A stretch of DNA of 64,000 nt, from the NCBI GenBank assembly GCA_022788105.1, contig JALEVZ010000053.1:36858-100857 (forward strand), read 5' to 3'. Source of the DNA: Prevotella sp. GTDB lineage: Bacteria; Bacteroidota; Bacteroidia; Bacteroidales; Bacteroidaceae. Positions 30,663 to 40,277 of the stretch are shown piece after piece (positions within the stretch are counted from its first letter, which is position 1; each line of letters starts with the position of its first letter). Both the position numbers and the translations under genes were made by a program. The notes below the pieces were generated by a model. That model made no database searches, was not told the DNA's origin, and worked only from the letters and a program-made list of their open reading frames with translations.

Positions 30663-31229
30663 ATGGAAGTAATAAAGACAGACATAGAAGGAGTCGTAAT
30701 CATAGAGCCGCGCCTGTTTAAAGACGCACGTGGCTACTTCTTCGAGAGTTTCTCACAACGCGAGTTCGACGAGAAGGTCGGCCATATAGAGTTTTGTCAA
30801 GACAACGAGAGCATGTCGTCATACGGCGTAATGCGTGGCTTGCACTTCCAACGCCCACCATATACACAGAGCAAACTGGTGCGTTGCGTCAAAGGAGCGG
30901 TGCTCGACGTGGCTGTAGACATACGCAAGGGGTCGCCGACCTACGGCCGTCACGTCGCCGTGGAGCTGACCGAAGACAACCACCGACAGTTCTTCATACC
31001 CAAAGGGTTTGCCCACGGCTTCGCCGTACTGAGCGAAACAGCCGTGTTCCAGTACAAATGCGACAACTTCTACCACCCCGAAGCCGACGGCGGCATATCC
31101 ATACTTGACGACAGTCTGGGCATAGACTGGCGCATACCGACCGACAAAGCCATTCTCTCGGAGAAGGACACGAAGCACCAGATGCTCAAAGACTTTGACA
31201 GTCCGTTTGACATCGACGTCAAAATCTGA
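30663..31229 (+). CDS. rfbC: dTDP-4-dehydrorhamnose 3,5-epimerase
   Basis: DARGYFFE, RGLHFQ, GFAHGF, ILSEKD. Confidence 0.96.
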   Translation: MEVIKTDIEGVVIIEPRLFKDARGYFFESFSQREFDEKVGHIEFCQDNESMSSYGVMRGLHFQRPPYTQSKLVRCVKGAVLDVAVDIRKGSPTYGRHVAVELTEDNHRQFFIPKGFAHGFAVLSETAVFQYKCDNFYHPEADGGISILDDSLGIDWRIPTDKAILSEKDTKHQMLKDFDSPFDIDVKI

Positions 31230-31278
31230 CCCTATCCCCACCCCGAAACACTGACATCGACGTCAGGATTTAACCCTA
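31208..31278. repeat. 44-bp-period duplication of the rfbC 3' end
   Basis: tgacatcgacgtcaaaatctgaccctat at 31208 vs tgacatcgacgtcaggatttaaccctat at 31252. Confidence 0.75.
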
Positions 31279-31300
31279 TTTTTACAGCAAACACATAGCA

Positions 31301-32173
31301 ATGAACATATTAGTAACAGGTGCCAACGGGCAACTCGGACACGAGATGCAGCGCGTGGCAACAGAGAGCAAACATTCGTTCGTGTTTACAGACGTGGCAG
31401 AAGGCTACGACAAACTCGACATCACAAGCCTGGAGGCGATACGCCAGATGGTGAAAGAGAAGGCAATAGACGTCATCGTGAACTGCGCCGCCTACACCAA
31501 CGTGGACAAAGCAGAGAGCGACTACGACGTCGCCAACCTGCTCAACAACACTGCTGCAGGCCATCTCGCGACAGCAATGAAAGAGGTGGGCGGCACACTA
31601 ATACACGTCTCCACCGACTACGTGTTCCAGGGCGACCGCAACACGCCCTGTCGCGAAGACTGGCCGACCTGTCCTCTCGGCGTGTATGGCAAGACAAAGC
31701 TCGCTGGCGAGCAAAGCATCGCAGCCACAGGCTGTCGCCACATCATCATACGCACGGCGTGGCTATACTCGCAATGGGGCAAAAACTTTGTCAAGACCAT
31801 GCAGAGTCTCACCGCCTCACACGACACATTGAAGGTGGTGTTCGACCAGGTGGGCACGCCGACCTTTGCCGGCGACCTCGCCGACGTCATCGCCCACATC
31901 ATCAACAGCGACCAGCTCGACAAGACAGGCATATACCACTTCTCCGACGAAGGTGTGTGCTCGTGGTTTGACTTCGCCAAGCTGATATGCGAACTCAGCG
32001 GCAACAGCTGCGACATACAGCCCTGCTACAGCGAAGAGTTCCCCAGCCCCGTGAAGCGTCCACACTTCTCCGTGCTCGACAAGAGCAAGTTGAAAGCCAC
32101 GTTCGGCATAAAGGTGCCCTACTGGACCGACTCGCTGAAGGTGTGCATCAAGCAGCTGGCAGCCAATCGCTAA
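31301..32173 (+). CDS. rfbD: dTDP-4-dehydrorhamnose reductase
   Basis: TGANGQLG, AAYTNVD, STDYVF, YGKTK. Confidence 0.96.
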   Translation: MNILVTGANGQLGHEMQRVATESKHSFVFTDVAEGYDKLDITSLEAIRQMVKEKAIDVIVNCAAYTNVDKAESDYDVANLLNNTAAGHLATAMKEVGGTLIHVSTDYVFQGDRNTPCREDWPTCPLGVYGKTKLAGEQSIAATGCRHIIIRTAWLYSQWGKNFVKTMQSLTASHDTLKVVFDQVGTPTFAGDLADVIAHIINSDQLDKTGIYHFSDEGVCSWFDFAKLICELSGNSCDIQPCYSEEFPSPVKRPHFSVLDKSKLKATFGIKVPYWTDSLKVCIKQLAANR

Positions 32174-32206
32174 CACATTTTCCCCTCATACCTAACATTT
32201 ACCATT

Positions 32207-33337
32207 ATGCGCAACATCATCATCACAGGCGGCGCAGGATTCATAGGCTCGCATGTAGTGCGACTCTTTGTCAACAAATATCCTGACTACCGCATCATCA
32301 ATCTCGACAAACTCACCTACGCTGGCAACCTCGCCAACCTCGACGACATAAAAGACCGGCCCAACTACACATTCGTGAAGGGCGACATCTGCGACTTCGA
32401 ACTCGTGCAGCACCTTATGTCAGAGCACCATGTCGACGGCATCATACACCTGGCAGCAGAGAGCCACGTAGACCGCTCCATAAAGGACCCGTTCACCTTT
32501 GCGCAAACAAACGTGATGGGTACACTCTCTCTTCTGCAGGCAGCGAAGGTGTATTGGGAGAGTCTGCCAGAGAAATACGAGGGCAAACGGTTCTATCATA
32601 TCTCAACCGATGAGGTGTACGGTGCACTCGAACTCACCAACCCCGAAGGCATAGAAAGCCCCTTCACCACTAAGGCAAGCTCCGAACACCACCACGCCTA
32701 CGGCACAGAGTTTTTCACAGAAGAGACAAAATACAACCCACACTCACCCTACTCCGCAGCCAAAGCCAGCAGCGACCACTTCGTGCGCGCATTCCACGAC
32801 ACCTACGGCATGCCCACCATCGTGACCAACTGCTCCAACAACTACGGCCCATACCAGTTCCCGGAGAAGCTCATACCGCTGTTTATAAACAACATACGCC
32901 ACCGCAAGCCACTGCCAGTCTATGGCGAAGGCCTCAACGTGCGCGACTGGTTGTATGTGGAAGACCACGCCCGCGCCATAGACCTCATATTCCATGAGGG
33001 CAAGGTGGCAGACACTTACAACATCGGAGGGTTCAACGAGTGGAAGAACATAGACATCATACACGTGCTCATCAAGACCGTAGACCGTCTGCTCGGCCGC
33101 AAAGAGGGCGAAGACCTCGGCCTCATCACACACGTCACCGACCGTATGGGCCACGACATGCGCTACGCCATAGACTCACGCAAGCTGCAGAGCGAACTCG
33201 GCTGGGAGCCGTCGCTACAGTTTGAAGAGGGCATAGAGAAGACCGTGCGCTGGTATCTCGACCACCAAGAGTGGATGGATAACGTCACCTCCGGCGACTA
33301 CCAGAAATACTACGACAACATGTATGGCAACCGATAA
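32207..33337 (+). CDS. rfbB: dTDP-glucose 4,6-dehydratase
   Basis: TGGAGFIGS, AAESHVDRS, STDEVYG, NNYGPYQFPEKLIP. Confidence 0.96.
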   Translation: MRNIIITGGAGFIGSHVVRLFVNKYPDYRIINLDKLTYAGNLANLDDIKDRPNYTFVKGDICDFELVQHLMSEHHVDGIIHLAAESHVDRSIKDPFTFAQTNVMGTLSLLQAAKVYWESLPEKYEGKRFYHISTDEVYGALELTNPEGIESPFTTKASSEHHHAYGTEFFTEETKYNPHSPYSAAKASSDHFVRAFHDTYGMPTIVTNCSNNYGPYQFPEKLIPLFINNIRHRKPLPVYGEGLNVRDWLYVEDHARAIDLIFHEGKVADTYNIGGFNEWKNIDIIHVLIKTVDRLLGRKEGEDLGLITHVTDRMGHDMRYAIDSRKLQSELGWEPSLQFEEGIEKTVRWYLDHQEWMDNVTSGDYQKYYDNMYGNR

Positions 33338-33369
33338 GCACCAACATCAGACATAAAATCGTAACAGCC

Positions 33370-33420
33370 AAAGAGCCAACAGCACCCGTCCCAAAGGTGT
33401 CGTTGGCTCTTTCTGTTTTT
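33370..33420 (+). terminator. Terminator after rfbB
   Basis: AAAGAGCCAAC…GTTGGCTCTTT followed by a T-rich tract. Confidence 0.75.
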
Positions 33421-33487
33421 ATCGTTGACCCATTCTGTTTTTTGTCATCGGATCCTTCTATCTTATCGTTGGCTCTTTCTGTTTTTA
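33400..33487. repeat. 22-bp tandem array, 4 units; unit 1 is the terminator 3' arm
   Basis: tcgttggctctttctgttttta identical at 33400 and 33466, with two variants between. Confidence 0.88.
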
Positions 33488-33546
33488 TTATAACAATGTG
33501 GAGAGAAAAGCGAAAATACACAAAGAAAGCAACACGGCGCTTTTAG

Positions 33547-33711
33547 TGACACATTGCCACATTTCCGCCGCTTAAACTTACGTCATTTCTTAACATTAGT
33601 TAAAAGCCGCGTGCCATCCCCACTACGCCCCTTTGAGCGCGTCATTAGGCCGTAGTGAGCGCGCCACTACGCCCCTTTGACAAGCCCAAAAGGGCACTAT
33701 CATTTTGTCAA
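33547..33711 (+). repeat. 165-bp dispersed element, copy 4
   Basis: TGACACATTG…TTAAC-atta-GTTAA…TATCATTTTGTCAA. Confidence 0.9.
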
Positions 33712-33779
33712 CAGAGCCTAATCAGAAATCAAGGGCATTTATTACAGTCTGCCAAAGCCCATTCATAGTACAAACAACA

Positions 33780-33849
33780 AGCGTCCCCAAAAGCGGCAGA
33801 CGTGGTCTATACAATCGTATTTCACACGCCGACCTCTTTTGAGGACGCT
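33780..33849. terminator. Long imperfect hairpin downstream of manA
   Basis: AGCGTCCcCAAAAG…CTTTTGaGGACGCT. Confidence 0.45.
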
Positions 33850-33878
33850 CAGTTTAGCTTCTCACAAAATATGCAGAT

Positions 33879-33944
33879 AGAGGTCTGCAAGACCTATAGG
33901 TAAGGCCTGCAATGTCTATAGGTAAGGCCTGCAAGCCCCACACC
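33879..33944. repeat. 22-bp tandem array, 3 units
   Basis: agaggtctgcaagacctatagg / taaggcctgcaatgtctatagg / taaggcctgcaagcc. Confidence 0.8.
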
Positions 33945-33986
33945 GCCGACATTCACAAGCGTGTTGTCAGCAGCAAGAGACGTCGT

Positions 33987-34949
33987 TTACACGTAAGTCT
34001 CAAGGAACTTGATGCTGCCCTCAACCTTCAAAGTGTCGGTTGTGGCAGGTACGAGCACGCTTTCACCAGCCTGCAGAGTGAAGGTGTTGCCTTCGTTGTC
34101 GGTGATAGTGGCGTTGCCCTTCAGGCCGATGAGTATGACGAAGCTGTCAAGCTCAGAGTAGTCGAGAGTCATCGGCTCGTCGAGGTCGTAGACAGCAGTG
34201 CAGAAATAGGGGCACTGCACGAGCGACACGCCCTGATTTTTCACAGGAGTGTAGTCGGTGCGGTAGTTGCTTTCCACGTTGTAGTTGATGCACTCAGCAG
34301 CCTCTTTGGTGTGAAGCTGGCGGTAGTTGCCGTCCTTGTCCTTACGCTTGAAGTCGTAGATGCGATATGTAACGTCGCTGGTCTGCTGAATTTCAGCGAG
34401 GAAACAGCCTGTGCCGATGGCGTGGATACGTCCTGCGGGCAGGAAGAAGCAGTCGCCTTCCTTCACGTCGTAACGGTCGATGGCGTCGACAATAGTGTCG
34501 TTCTCCACCATCTGAGCATACTCCTCGGGGGTAATCTTCTTCTTCAGACCACAGAGCAGCGTGGCGTCTTTGTCCGAATCCATGAGATACCACATCTCTG
34601 TCTTGCCGCGCTCCTTGCCCTGGAGCTTTGCAATCTCGTCGGTGGGATGCACCTGAATGGACAGATCCTGACGAGCATCGATAAACTTGATGAGCAACGG
34701 GAACTCGTCGCCGAAACGCTTGTAGTTGTCCTCGCCAACGAGTTTGCCCTTCATCTCGGCTACAACCTCGTTGAGTTTCTTGCCTGCAAACTCGCCGTCT
34801 GCAACGACAGTCTCATTGTCTTTCACGCCCGAAATTTCCCAGCTTTCGCCTACATTCTCCTGCTTTACATCGAGATTCTTAAACGGAATAATCTTTTCGC
34901 CGCCCCACAGTGTGGACTTCAGCAGCGCATTAAACTTTAATGGCTTCAT
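33987..34949 (-). CDS. manA: Mannose-6-phosphate isomerase, class I
   Basis: LWGG, GESWE, FPLLIK, LSIQVHP, KTEMW, EIQQTSD. Confidence 0.93.
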   Translation of the reverse strand: MKPLKFNALLKSTLWGGEKIIPFKNLDVKQENVGESWEISGVKDNETVVADGEFAGKKLNEVVAEMKGKLVGEDNYKRFGDEFPLLIKFIDARQDLSIQVHPTDEIAKLQGKERGKTEMWYLMDSDKDATLLCGLKKKITPEEYAQMVENDTIVDAIDRYDVKEGDCFFLPAGRIHAIGTGCFLAEIQQTSDVTYRIYDFKRKDKDGNYRQLHTKEAAECINYNVESNYRTDYTPVKNQGVSLVQCPYFCTAVYDLDEPMTLDYSELDSFVILIGLKGNATITDNEGNTFTLQAGESVLVPATTDTLKVEGSIKFLETYV

Positions 34950-35011
34950 CTTATTAGTGATTATTATTAGTAATTAATTTATTAATTGATAGAATTCATT
35001 CTCATAAGCAT

Positions 35012-35070
35012 GCCCGCCACCGCACATCAGCAGCAGCGAGTCTGATGTCAAGACAGCCCGCCACCGCACA
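35012..35070. repeat. 15-bp direct repeat at 44-bp spacing
   Basis: gcccgccaccgcaca at 35012 and 35056. Confidence 0.7.
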
Positions 35071-35126
35071 CAATAATTTCGTAAATTCATTCACTTTCAG
35101 GCTTCAATAGCAATGGCGTCTGCCCG

Positions 35127-35181
35127 TTTTACCTTTTTACTTTTTTACCTTTTTACCTTTAAACGTTCTTTTTTACCTTTA
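35127..35181. repeat. 8-bp microsatellite-like (TTTTACCT)n
   Basis: ttttacctttttacttttttacctttttaccttt. Confidence 0.75.
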
Positions 35182-35191
35182 ACGCCCTTGC

Positions 35192-36643
35192 CTACGACTC
35201 TTTCCAAAACTCTGGAGTGAATATCACAAGCACAGTGAATATCTCCAAACGTCCTATGAGCATGAGCACCGTACAAATCCATTTCGCGTAGTCGGGCAGT
35301 ATGCTCCACGACATGGTGGGGCCTATCTCAAGACCCAGTGTCGGTCCCACGTTGCCGAGACAACTCAGCGTAATGGTGATGGAGTTGGTGGAGTCGATGC
35401 CTGCCGCAATCATCGTGAAGGAGCAGACAAGGCTCAGTATGAGGTAAACGGTAAGGAAAGAGAGCAGCGTGAGCCGCTTATCGTTGGGTACATTCATGCC
35501 GTCGATGCGCAAGGGCAGCACAGCATTAGGGTGCAAAATTTTCTTAAACTCGTTTTTGAGAGTCTTCAACAACATCACGCCACGAATACATTTCAGACCT
35601 CCACTCGTCGAACCCGAGCATGCACCGAAGAACATACAGATGGCGAGCGCCACCCATGTGACGTGCGGCCACTTGCCAGCGTCGTCGTTGATGAGACCCG
35701 TTGTCGTGATGAACGACACCACATGAAACACCGCACTACGCACGGCGTGCTCCAGTCCGTAGCCGTTTTTCCACATCAGTTCTACGGTTATGAACGCTGA
35801 AATGGCACTCACAAGGAAGAAATAGAACTTAAACTCCGCGCTGCCGAATAGCATTTTTATGCTGCCCCGCGACACAGAGGCGTATAAAAGGGTGAAGTTG
35901 ATGCCCGAAATGAAGCAGAAAAACATGATGACATATTGCACTTCAGGCGTGAAAAGCACCAACGAGCTTTTCGTAGCAAAGCCTCCCGTGGCTGCCGTCA
36001 CCATGGCGTAGTTCACGCTGTCGAACAAATCCATGCCCACAGCACACAACGCACCGAAGCACAACACGGTGATTACGATATACACAACCCATATCCACTT
36101 CGCGTTAGTAGACAGTCGTGGGTGCAGCTTCGTCTTTATAGGACCCGTCGCCTCGGCAGCAAACACCTTCACCGAGCCACCCACGAGCGACGGAAGCAGT
36201 GCTATAGTGAAGAACACTATACCCAATCCGCCAATCCACTGCGTCAGCGAGCGCCAGAACAGCAGGCCGTGAGGGTAGTTGTCTATGTTGTCGATTATAG
36301 ATGCACCGGTAGTGGTGAATCCCGACATGGTCTCGAAAAAGGCGTCCGTCACGTCGGTTATGTAGCCGCTAATGATGAATGGCAGCATGCCGAACAGACT
36401 GAATATGACCCACGTCAGCGTCACCACAAGATAAGCATCGCGCCTGGAGAGCGTGTTGTCGCAGTCGTGTGCAAACAGCCTGAGCACCAGTCCAGCCAGT
36501 CCCGTCACCCCCACCGACACAGCAAACGCCGTAGTGTCGCTCTCGCCGTAGCCTATCGCCACGCCGAGACACACCATCAGCAGAGCCATTTCAATGAACA
36601 GCAGCGAGCCAACAATCTTATATATGATTTTAAGATTTATCAT
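35192..36643 (-). CDS. trkH: Trk potassium uptake membrane subunit
   Basis: SGFTTTGA, ATGGF, GSTSGGLK, GNVGP, GRLE. Confidence 0.95.
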   Translation of the reverse strand: MINLKIIYKIVGSLLFIEMALLMVCLGVAIGYGESDTTAFAVSVGVTGLAGLVLRLFAHDCDNTLSRRDAYLVVTLTWVIFSLFGMLPFIISGYITDVTDAFFETMSGFTTTGASIIDNIDNYPHGLLFWRSLTQWIGGLGIVFFTIALLPSLVGGSVKVFAAEATGPIKTKLHPRLSTNAKWIWVVYIVITVLCFGALCAVGMDLFDSVNYAMVTAATGGFATKSSLVLFTPEVQYVIMFFCFISGINFTLLYASVSRGSIKMLFGSAEFKFYFFLVSAISAFITVELMWKNGYGLEHAVRSAVFHVVSFITTTGLINDDAGKWPHVTWVALAICMFFGACSGSTSGGLKCIRGVMLLKTLKNEFKKILHPNAVLPLRIDGMNVPNDKRLTLLSFLTVYLILSLVCSFTMIAAGIDSTNSITITLSCLGNVGPTLGLEIGPTMSWSILPDYAKWICTVLMLIGRLEIFTVLVIFTPEFWKES

Positions 36644-37983
36644 ATGAACATCTTTTCAATCTTCTTCATGTTCACATCATGGCAGAACACCATGACCGAG
36701 TCGCCCGCCTGAATCATCGTGTTACCCGACACGAGCATGCCGACACCGTCGCGTACCAGTCCGCCAATGGTCATTCCGTTTGGCAATCCAAGCTCGCGCA
36801 CCGGCTTTTTAGTTATTTTGGCACCCTCTTGCGGTATGAATTCCGCCACGTCGGCATTGGCACTCATGAGAAATCTCACGTTCATGACGTTGGCATCGAG
36901 CATCATCTGGTAGATGTGACTTGCCGCAATGACCTTCTTGTTTATAATGGTTCCGATGTCAAGGCTCTCTGCCATGGGTACATAATCGATGTTTTCTACC
37001 ATAGCAACGGTCTTTCTCACGCCGAGACGCTTGGCTGTCAGACATGCCAAGATGTTGGTTTCGGCGTTGCCAGTGAGTGCCACGAAAGCCTGAGTGCTCT
37101 TTATTCCTTCGTCGATGAGCAACGGAATGTCGCGTCCATCGCCGTTGATGACGAGCACACGGGAGTTGTCTATGATGTCGTTAAGATGGTTGCAGCGCGC
37201 CTCATCAGTGTCTATTATTTTCACGTCCATGTACTCGGGCATGGTCTTTACCGCCCTGACGGCAGTGGCACCACCGCCCATTATCATCACGTTCTTGACG
37301 TCGACATAGTGTTCTTTGCCCACAATCTTGCGGATATATGGTATGAATTGCTTCGTGGTCATGAAGTAAGCGAGGTCGTAAAGCTGCAAAGAGTCGTTAC
37401 CACCAGGTATGATTGTTTCGCCGCCACGCTTGATTGCCACCACGTGGTAGGGGTCGTCGGGTCCGCAAAGGTCTTTCAAGGGCTGGTTAAGAATCTCGCA
37501 TCCCTCGCGCAACTTTATGCCGAGCATCACGAGAGCGCCTCCATGCACGTCCCAACGCTGTCTTACCCACGACATCTTCAGGCCGTTGTTGATGTCCTGT
37601 CCTGCCAGCATCTCAGGGTAAATGAGTGAACTTATGCCCAACTTGGCAAAGAACTCCTGCTGCTCCGGCTCTATATACTCGTGGTTATCTATCTTTGCAA
37701 CGGTCTTCTTGGCACCCATTGCCTTAGCCAAGACACACGCCGTCATGTTGAGATTCTCGTCCGGAGTGACTGCAATGAACAGGTCGGCACTTGCCACGCC
37801 AGCCTCTCTCAGCGCCCTGACACTTGTCGGCGACGCTTTCATAGCAAGCAAATCGAGCTCTCCACCGATGCTGTTGATTCGCTCTTCATCCGAATCTATG
37901 AGCGTGATGTCTTCGTGGTCACGCGACAACAGCTTCGCAAGGTGTGTGCCAATGGCGTAGGCACCGGCTATAATTATCTTCAT
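36640..37983 (-). CDS. trkA: Trk potassium uptake regulatory subunit
   Basis: Two RCK modules; stop overlaps the trkH start. Confidence 0.95.
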   Translation of the reverse strand: MKIIIAGAYAIGTHLAKLLSRDHEDITLIDSDEERINSIGGELDLLAMKASPTSVRALREAGVASADLFIAVTPDENLNMTACVLAKAMGAKKTVAKIDNHEYIEPEQQEFFAKLGISSLIYPEMLAGQDINNGLKMSWVRQRWDVHGGALVMLGIKLREGCEILNQPLKDLCGPDDPYHVVAIKRGGETIIPGGNDSLQLYDLAYFMTTKQFIPYIRKIVGKEHYVDVKNVMIMGGGATAVRAVKTMPEYMDVKIIDTDEARCNHLNDIIDNSRVLVINGDGRDIPLLIDEGIKSTQAFVALTGNAETNILACLTAKRLGVRKTVAMVENIDYVPMAESLDIGTIINKKVIAASHIYQMMLDANVMNVRFLMSANADVAEFIPQEGAKITKKPVRELGLPNGMTIGGLVRDGVGMLVSGNTMIQAGDSVMVFCHDVNMKKIEKMFI

Positions 37984-38003
37984 TTTTTGTTTTGTTTTCG
38001 TTT

Positions 38004-38138
38004 ATATCGTAGTGGCGATTGGACCAATCCTTACTTCAATGACGCCTATATCGCGGCAGAAATGGGCCTAACCTTACATCAAAGGAGGCAATATCGTAGT
38101 GGCGATTGGACCAAACCTTACTTCAATGACGCCTATAT
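38004..38138. repeat. 44/43-bp-period array between dxs and trkA
   Basis: atatcgtagtggcgattggaccaa(t/a)ccttacttcaatgacgcctatat at 38004 and 38091, with a degenerate unit between. Confidence 0.88.
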
Positions 38139-38149
38139 TGCACCATCAA

Positions 38150-40057
38150 TCACTTCCAATCCGACGTTATGGCAACACGTATGCTGGCATCGTCAAGCCC
38201 CACTATCTCGCGCAACTGGCTCACAGAGCCGTGTTCAACAAAGTGGTCGGGCAGTCCGAGGCGCTTCATCTGCGGGCAGAAGCCGTTGTCGTTCATCCAC
38301 TCAAGCACCGCCGAGCCGAAGCCACCAGCCCTTATTCCGTCTTCGATAGTCACCACACGGCTAAATCGTGTAGCCACTTCGCTGAGCAGAACACTGTCGA
38401 GAGGCTTTATGAATCGCATGTCATAATGTGCCACACTGACGCCACATCCCTCTGCCTCGAGGCCGTCGAGAATCTTTACTACGTCAGCACCGATGGGTCC
38501 AACGGTAAGCACCGCCACATCGTTGCCGTCGCGCAGACGTCGTCCGCGTCCCACTTCAATCTCCTCAAACGGGCACCGCCAGTCCACCACACTCCCCCTT
38601 CCACGCGGATAACGTATGACAAACGTGCCTTTGCCAGGCAACTGCGCCGTGTACATCAGCTTGCGCAGTTCACACTCATCCATAGGCGAGGCGATGGTAA
38701 TGTTAGGTACTGGCCTCAGCGAAGCAATGTCAAAAGCCCCATGATGGGTCGGTCCGTCTTCGCCAACCAGACCCGCGCGGTCAAGACAAAGCACCATTGG
38801 CAAGTCGAGTAGAGCCGCGTCGTGTATTATATTGTCGTAAGCGCGCTGTGCAAACGCACTATATATGTTGCAGAACGGCTGCAGTCCGTCCTTCGCCATG
38901 CCGCAAGAGAAGGTCACAGCATGGCCCTCTGCTATGCCCACATCAAACACCCGGTCAGGCAAAGCCTTCATCATGATGTTCATGGAGCAGCCTGTCGGCA
39001 TTGCCGGTGTCACTCCCACGATGCGCGGATTGGCCTTTGCCAGCTCCAACAGCGTCTCTCCGAACACATCTTGAAACTTCGGTGGCATCATCGACGTGTC
39101 CGTCTTTATGCGTTCTCCGGTCTCTGGGTCAAACTTTCCGGGTGCATGCCACACAGTCGCCTCTTCCTCGGCAGGCTTGTAACCCTTGCCCTTGACGGTG
39201 TGAAGATGTAGCAACTTGGGGCCGCGCATGTTCTTAAGCTGACGCAATATGCGCACCAGCTCCTTCACATTGTTGCCGTCAAACGGTCCGAAGTAGCGTA
39301 TATTCATGCCTTCAAACACGTTCTGCTGATGGCTAAGAGCCGACTTCAGCGCGTTGTTAAGGCGTATAAGACCCTTTCGTCGGTCGTCGTTGAGATAGCC
39401 TTTAGAGTGCAGCCACTGCGACGCCTTAAACCTTATGCGGTTGTAAGTCTCATTGGTGTCGAGTTTAAGCAGATATTTCTCCATGCCGCCCACGGCGCGG
39501 TCGATGCTCATATCGTTGTCGTTGAGGATAATGAGCAAGTCGTTTGGCGACGACGACACGTTGTTTATTCCCTCGAAAGCCAGTCCGCCGCTCATCGCAC
39601 CGTCGCCTATGACAGCCACCACATGGCGGTCGTCATGTCCCGTTTTCTTTGCAGCCACAGCCATGCCGAGTGCTGCCGAGATGGAGTTAGAGGCGTGTCC
39701 GCACGCAAACGTGTCGTACTCGCTCTCTTCCGGACTCGGAAACGGCTTTATGCCGTGCAACTTTCGGTTGGTGCAGAAGCTGTCACGGCGCCCTGTCAGC
39801 ATCTTATGGCCATACGCCTGATGACCCACATCCCACACGATGCGGTCGTAGGGAGTGCTGAACACATAGTGCAACGCCACGGTAAGCTCCACCACTCCCA
39901 GCGACGAAGCGAGGTGTCCGGGGTTCATGGAGAGTTCCTCCACGATGTCTTCACGCAGCTCACAGCACAGCTCTGGCAGCTGGTCCACGCTCAATTGGCG
40001 CAGATCGACGGGATAATTTATCTTTTCTAAAAGCTCTAAGTTTCTGTTGTCCATCAA
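38150..40057 (-). CDS. dxs: 1-deoxy-D-xylulose-5-phosphate synthase
   Basis: [39 protein letters not shown]. Confidence 0.97.
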   Translation of the reverse strand: MMDNRNLELLEKINYPVDLRQLSVDQLPELCCELREDIVEELSMNPGHLASSLGVVELTVALHYVFSTPYDRIVWDVGHQAYGHKMLTGRRDSFCTNRKLHGIKPFPSPEESEYDTFACGHASNSISAALGMAVAAKKTGHDDRHVVAVIGDGAMSGGLAFEGINNVSSSPNDLLIILNDNDMSIDRAVGGMEKYLLKLDTNETYNRIRFKASQWLHSKGYLNDDRRKGLIRLNNALKSALSHQQNVFEGMNIRYFGPFDGNNVKELVRILRQLKNMRGPKLLHLHTVKGKGYKPAEEEATVWHAPGKFDPETGERIKTDTSMMPPKFQDVFGETLLELAKANPRIVGVTPAMPTGCSMNIMMKALPDRVFDVGIAEGHAVTFSCGMAKDGLQPFCNIYSAFAQRAYDNIIHDAALLDLPMVLCLDRAGLVGEDGPTHHGAFDIASLRPVPNITIASPMDECELRKLMYTAQLPGKGTFVIRYPRGRGSVVDWRCPFEEIEVGRGRRLRDGNDVAVLTVGPIGADVVKILDGLEAEGCGVSVAHYDMRFIKPLDSVLLSEVATRFSRVVTIEDGIRAGGFGSAVLEWMNDNGFCPQMKRLGLPDHFVEHGSVSQLREIVGLDDASIRVAITSDWK

Positions 40058-40192
40058 TATTGACCATTATAGTCCTACACTGTGCGGCGCAGTGCCACCG
40101 CAATTACATGTATGATTATTTTACAAAGGTAGCACATTTTTCCGAGCAAGCGAAACAATTGGATATTATTTCTTTATCTGCGATAAAATCCT

Positions 40193-40200
40193 TAACTTTG
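40193..40200 (+). promoter_or_regulatory. -7 promoter element of pepC (TAACTTTG)
   Basis: TAnnTTTG consensus. Confidence 0.6.
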
Positions 40201-40277
40201 CAAGCGCGCTTGAAAAGTTGCTATTGTCAACCCGAGAGCGGCATCCACAGCACAACATACAAAACAACATAACAACT

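Noticed and set aside
38004-38138. Possible mini-CRISPR (48-bp repeat, 39-bp spacer)
   Set aside because: The spacer is itself a degenerate copy of the repeat (atatcg…aaccttacatcaa), there are only two copies, and no cas genes are present.
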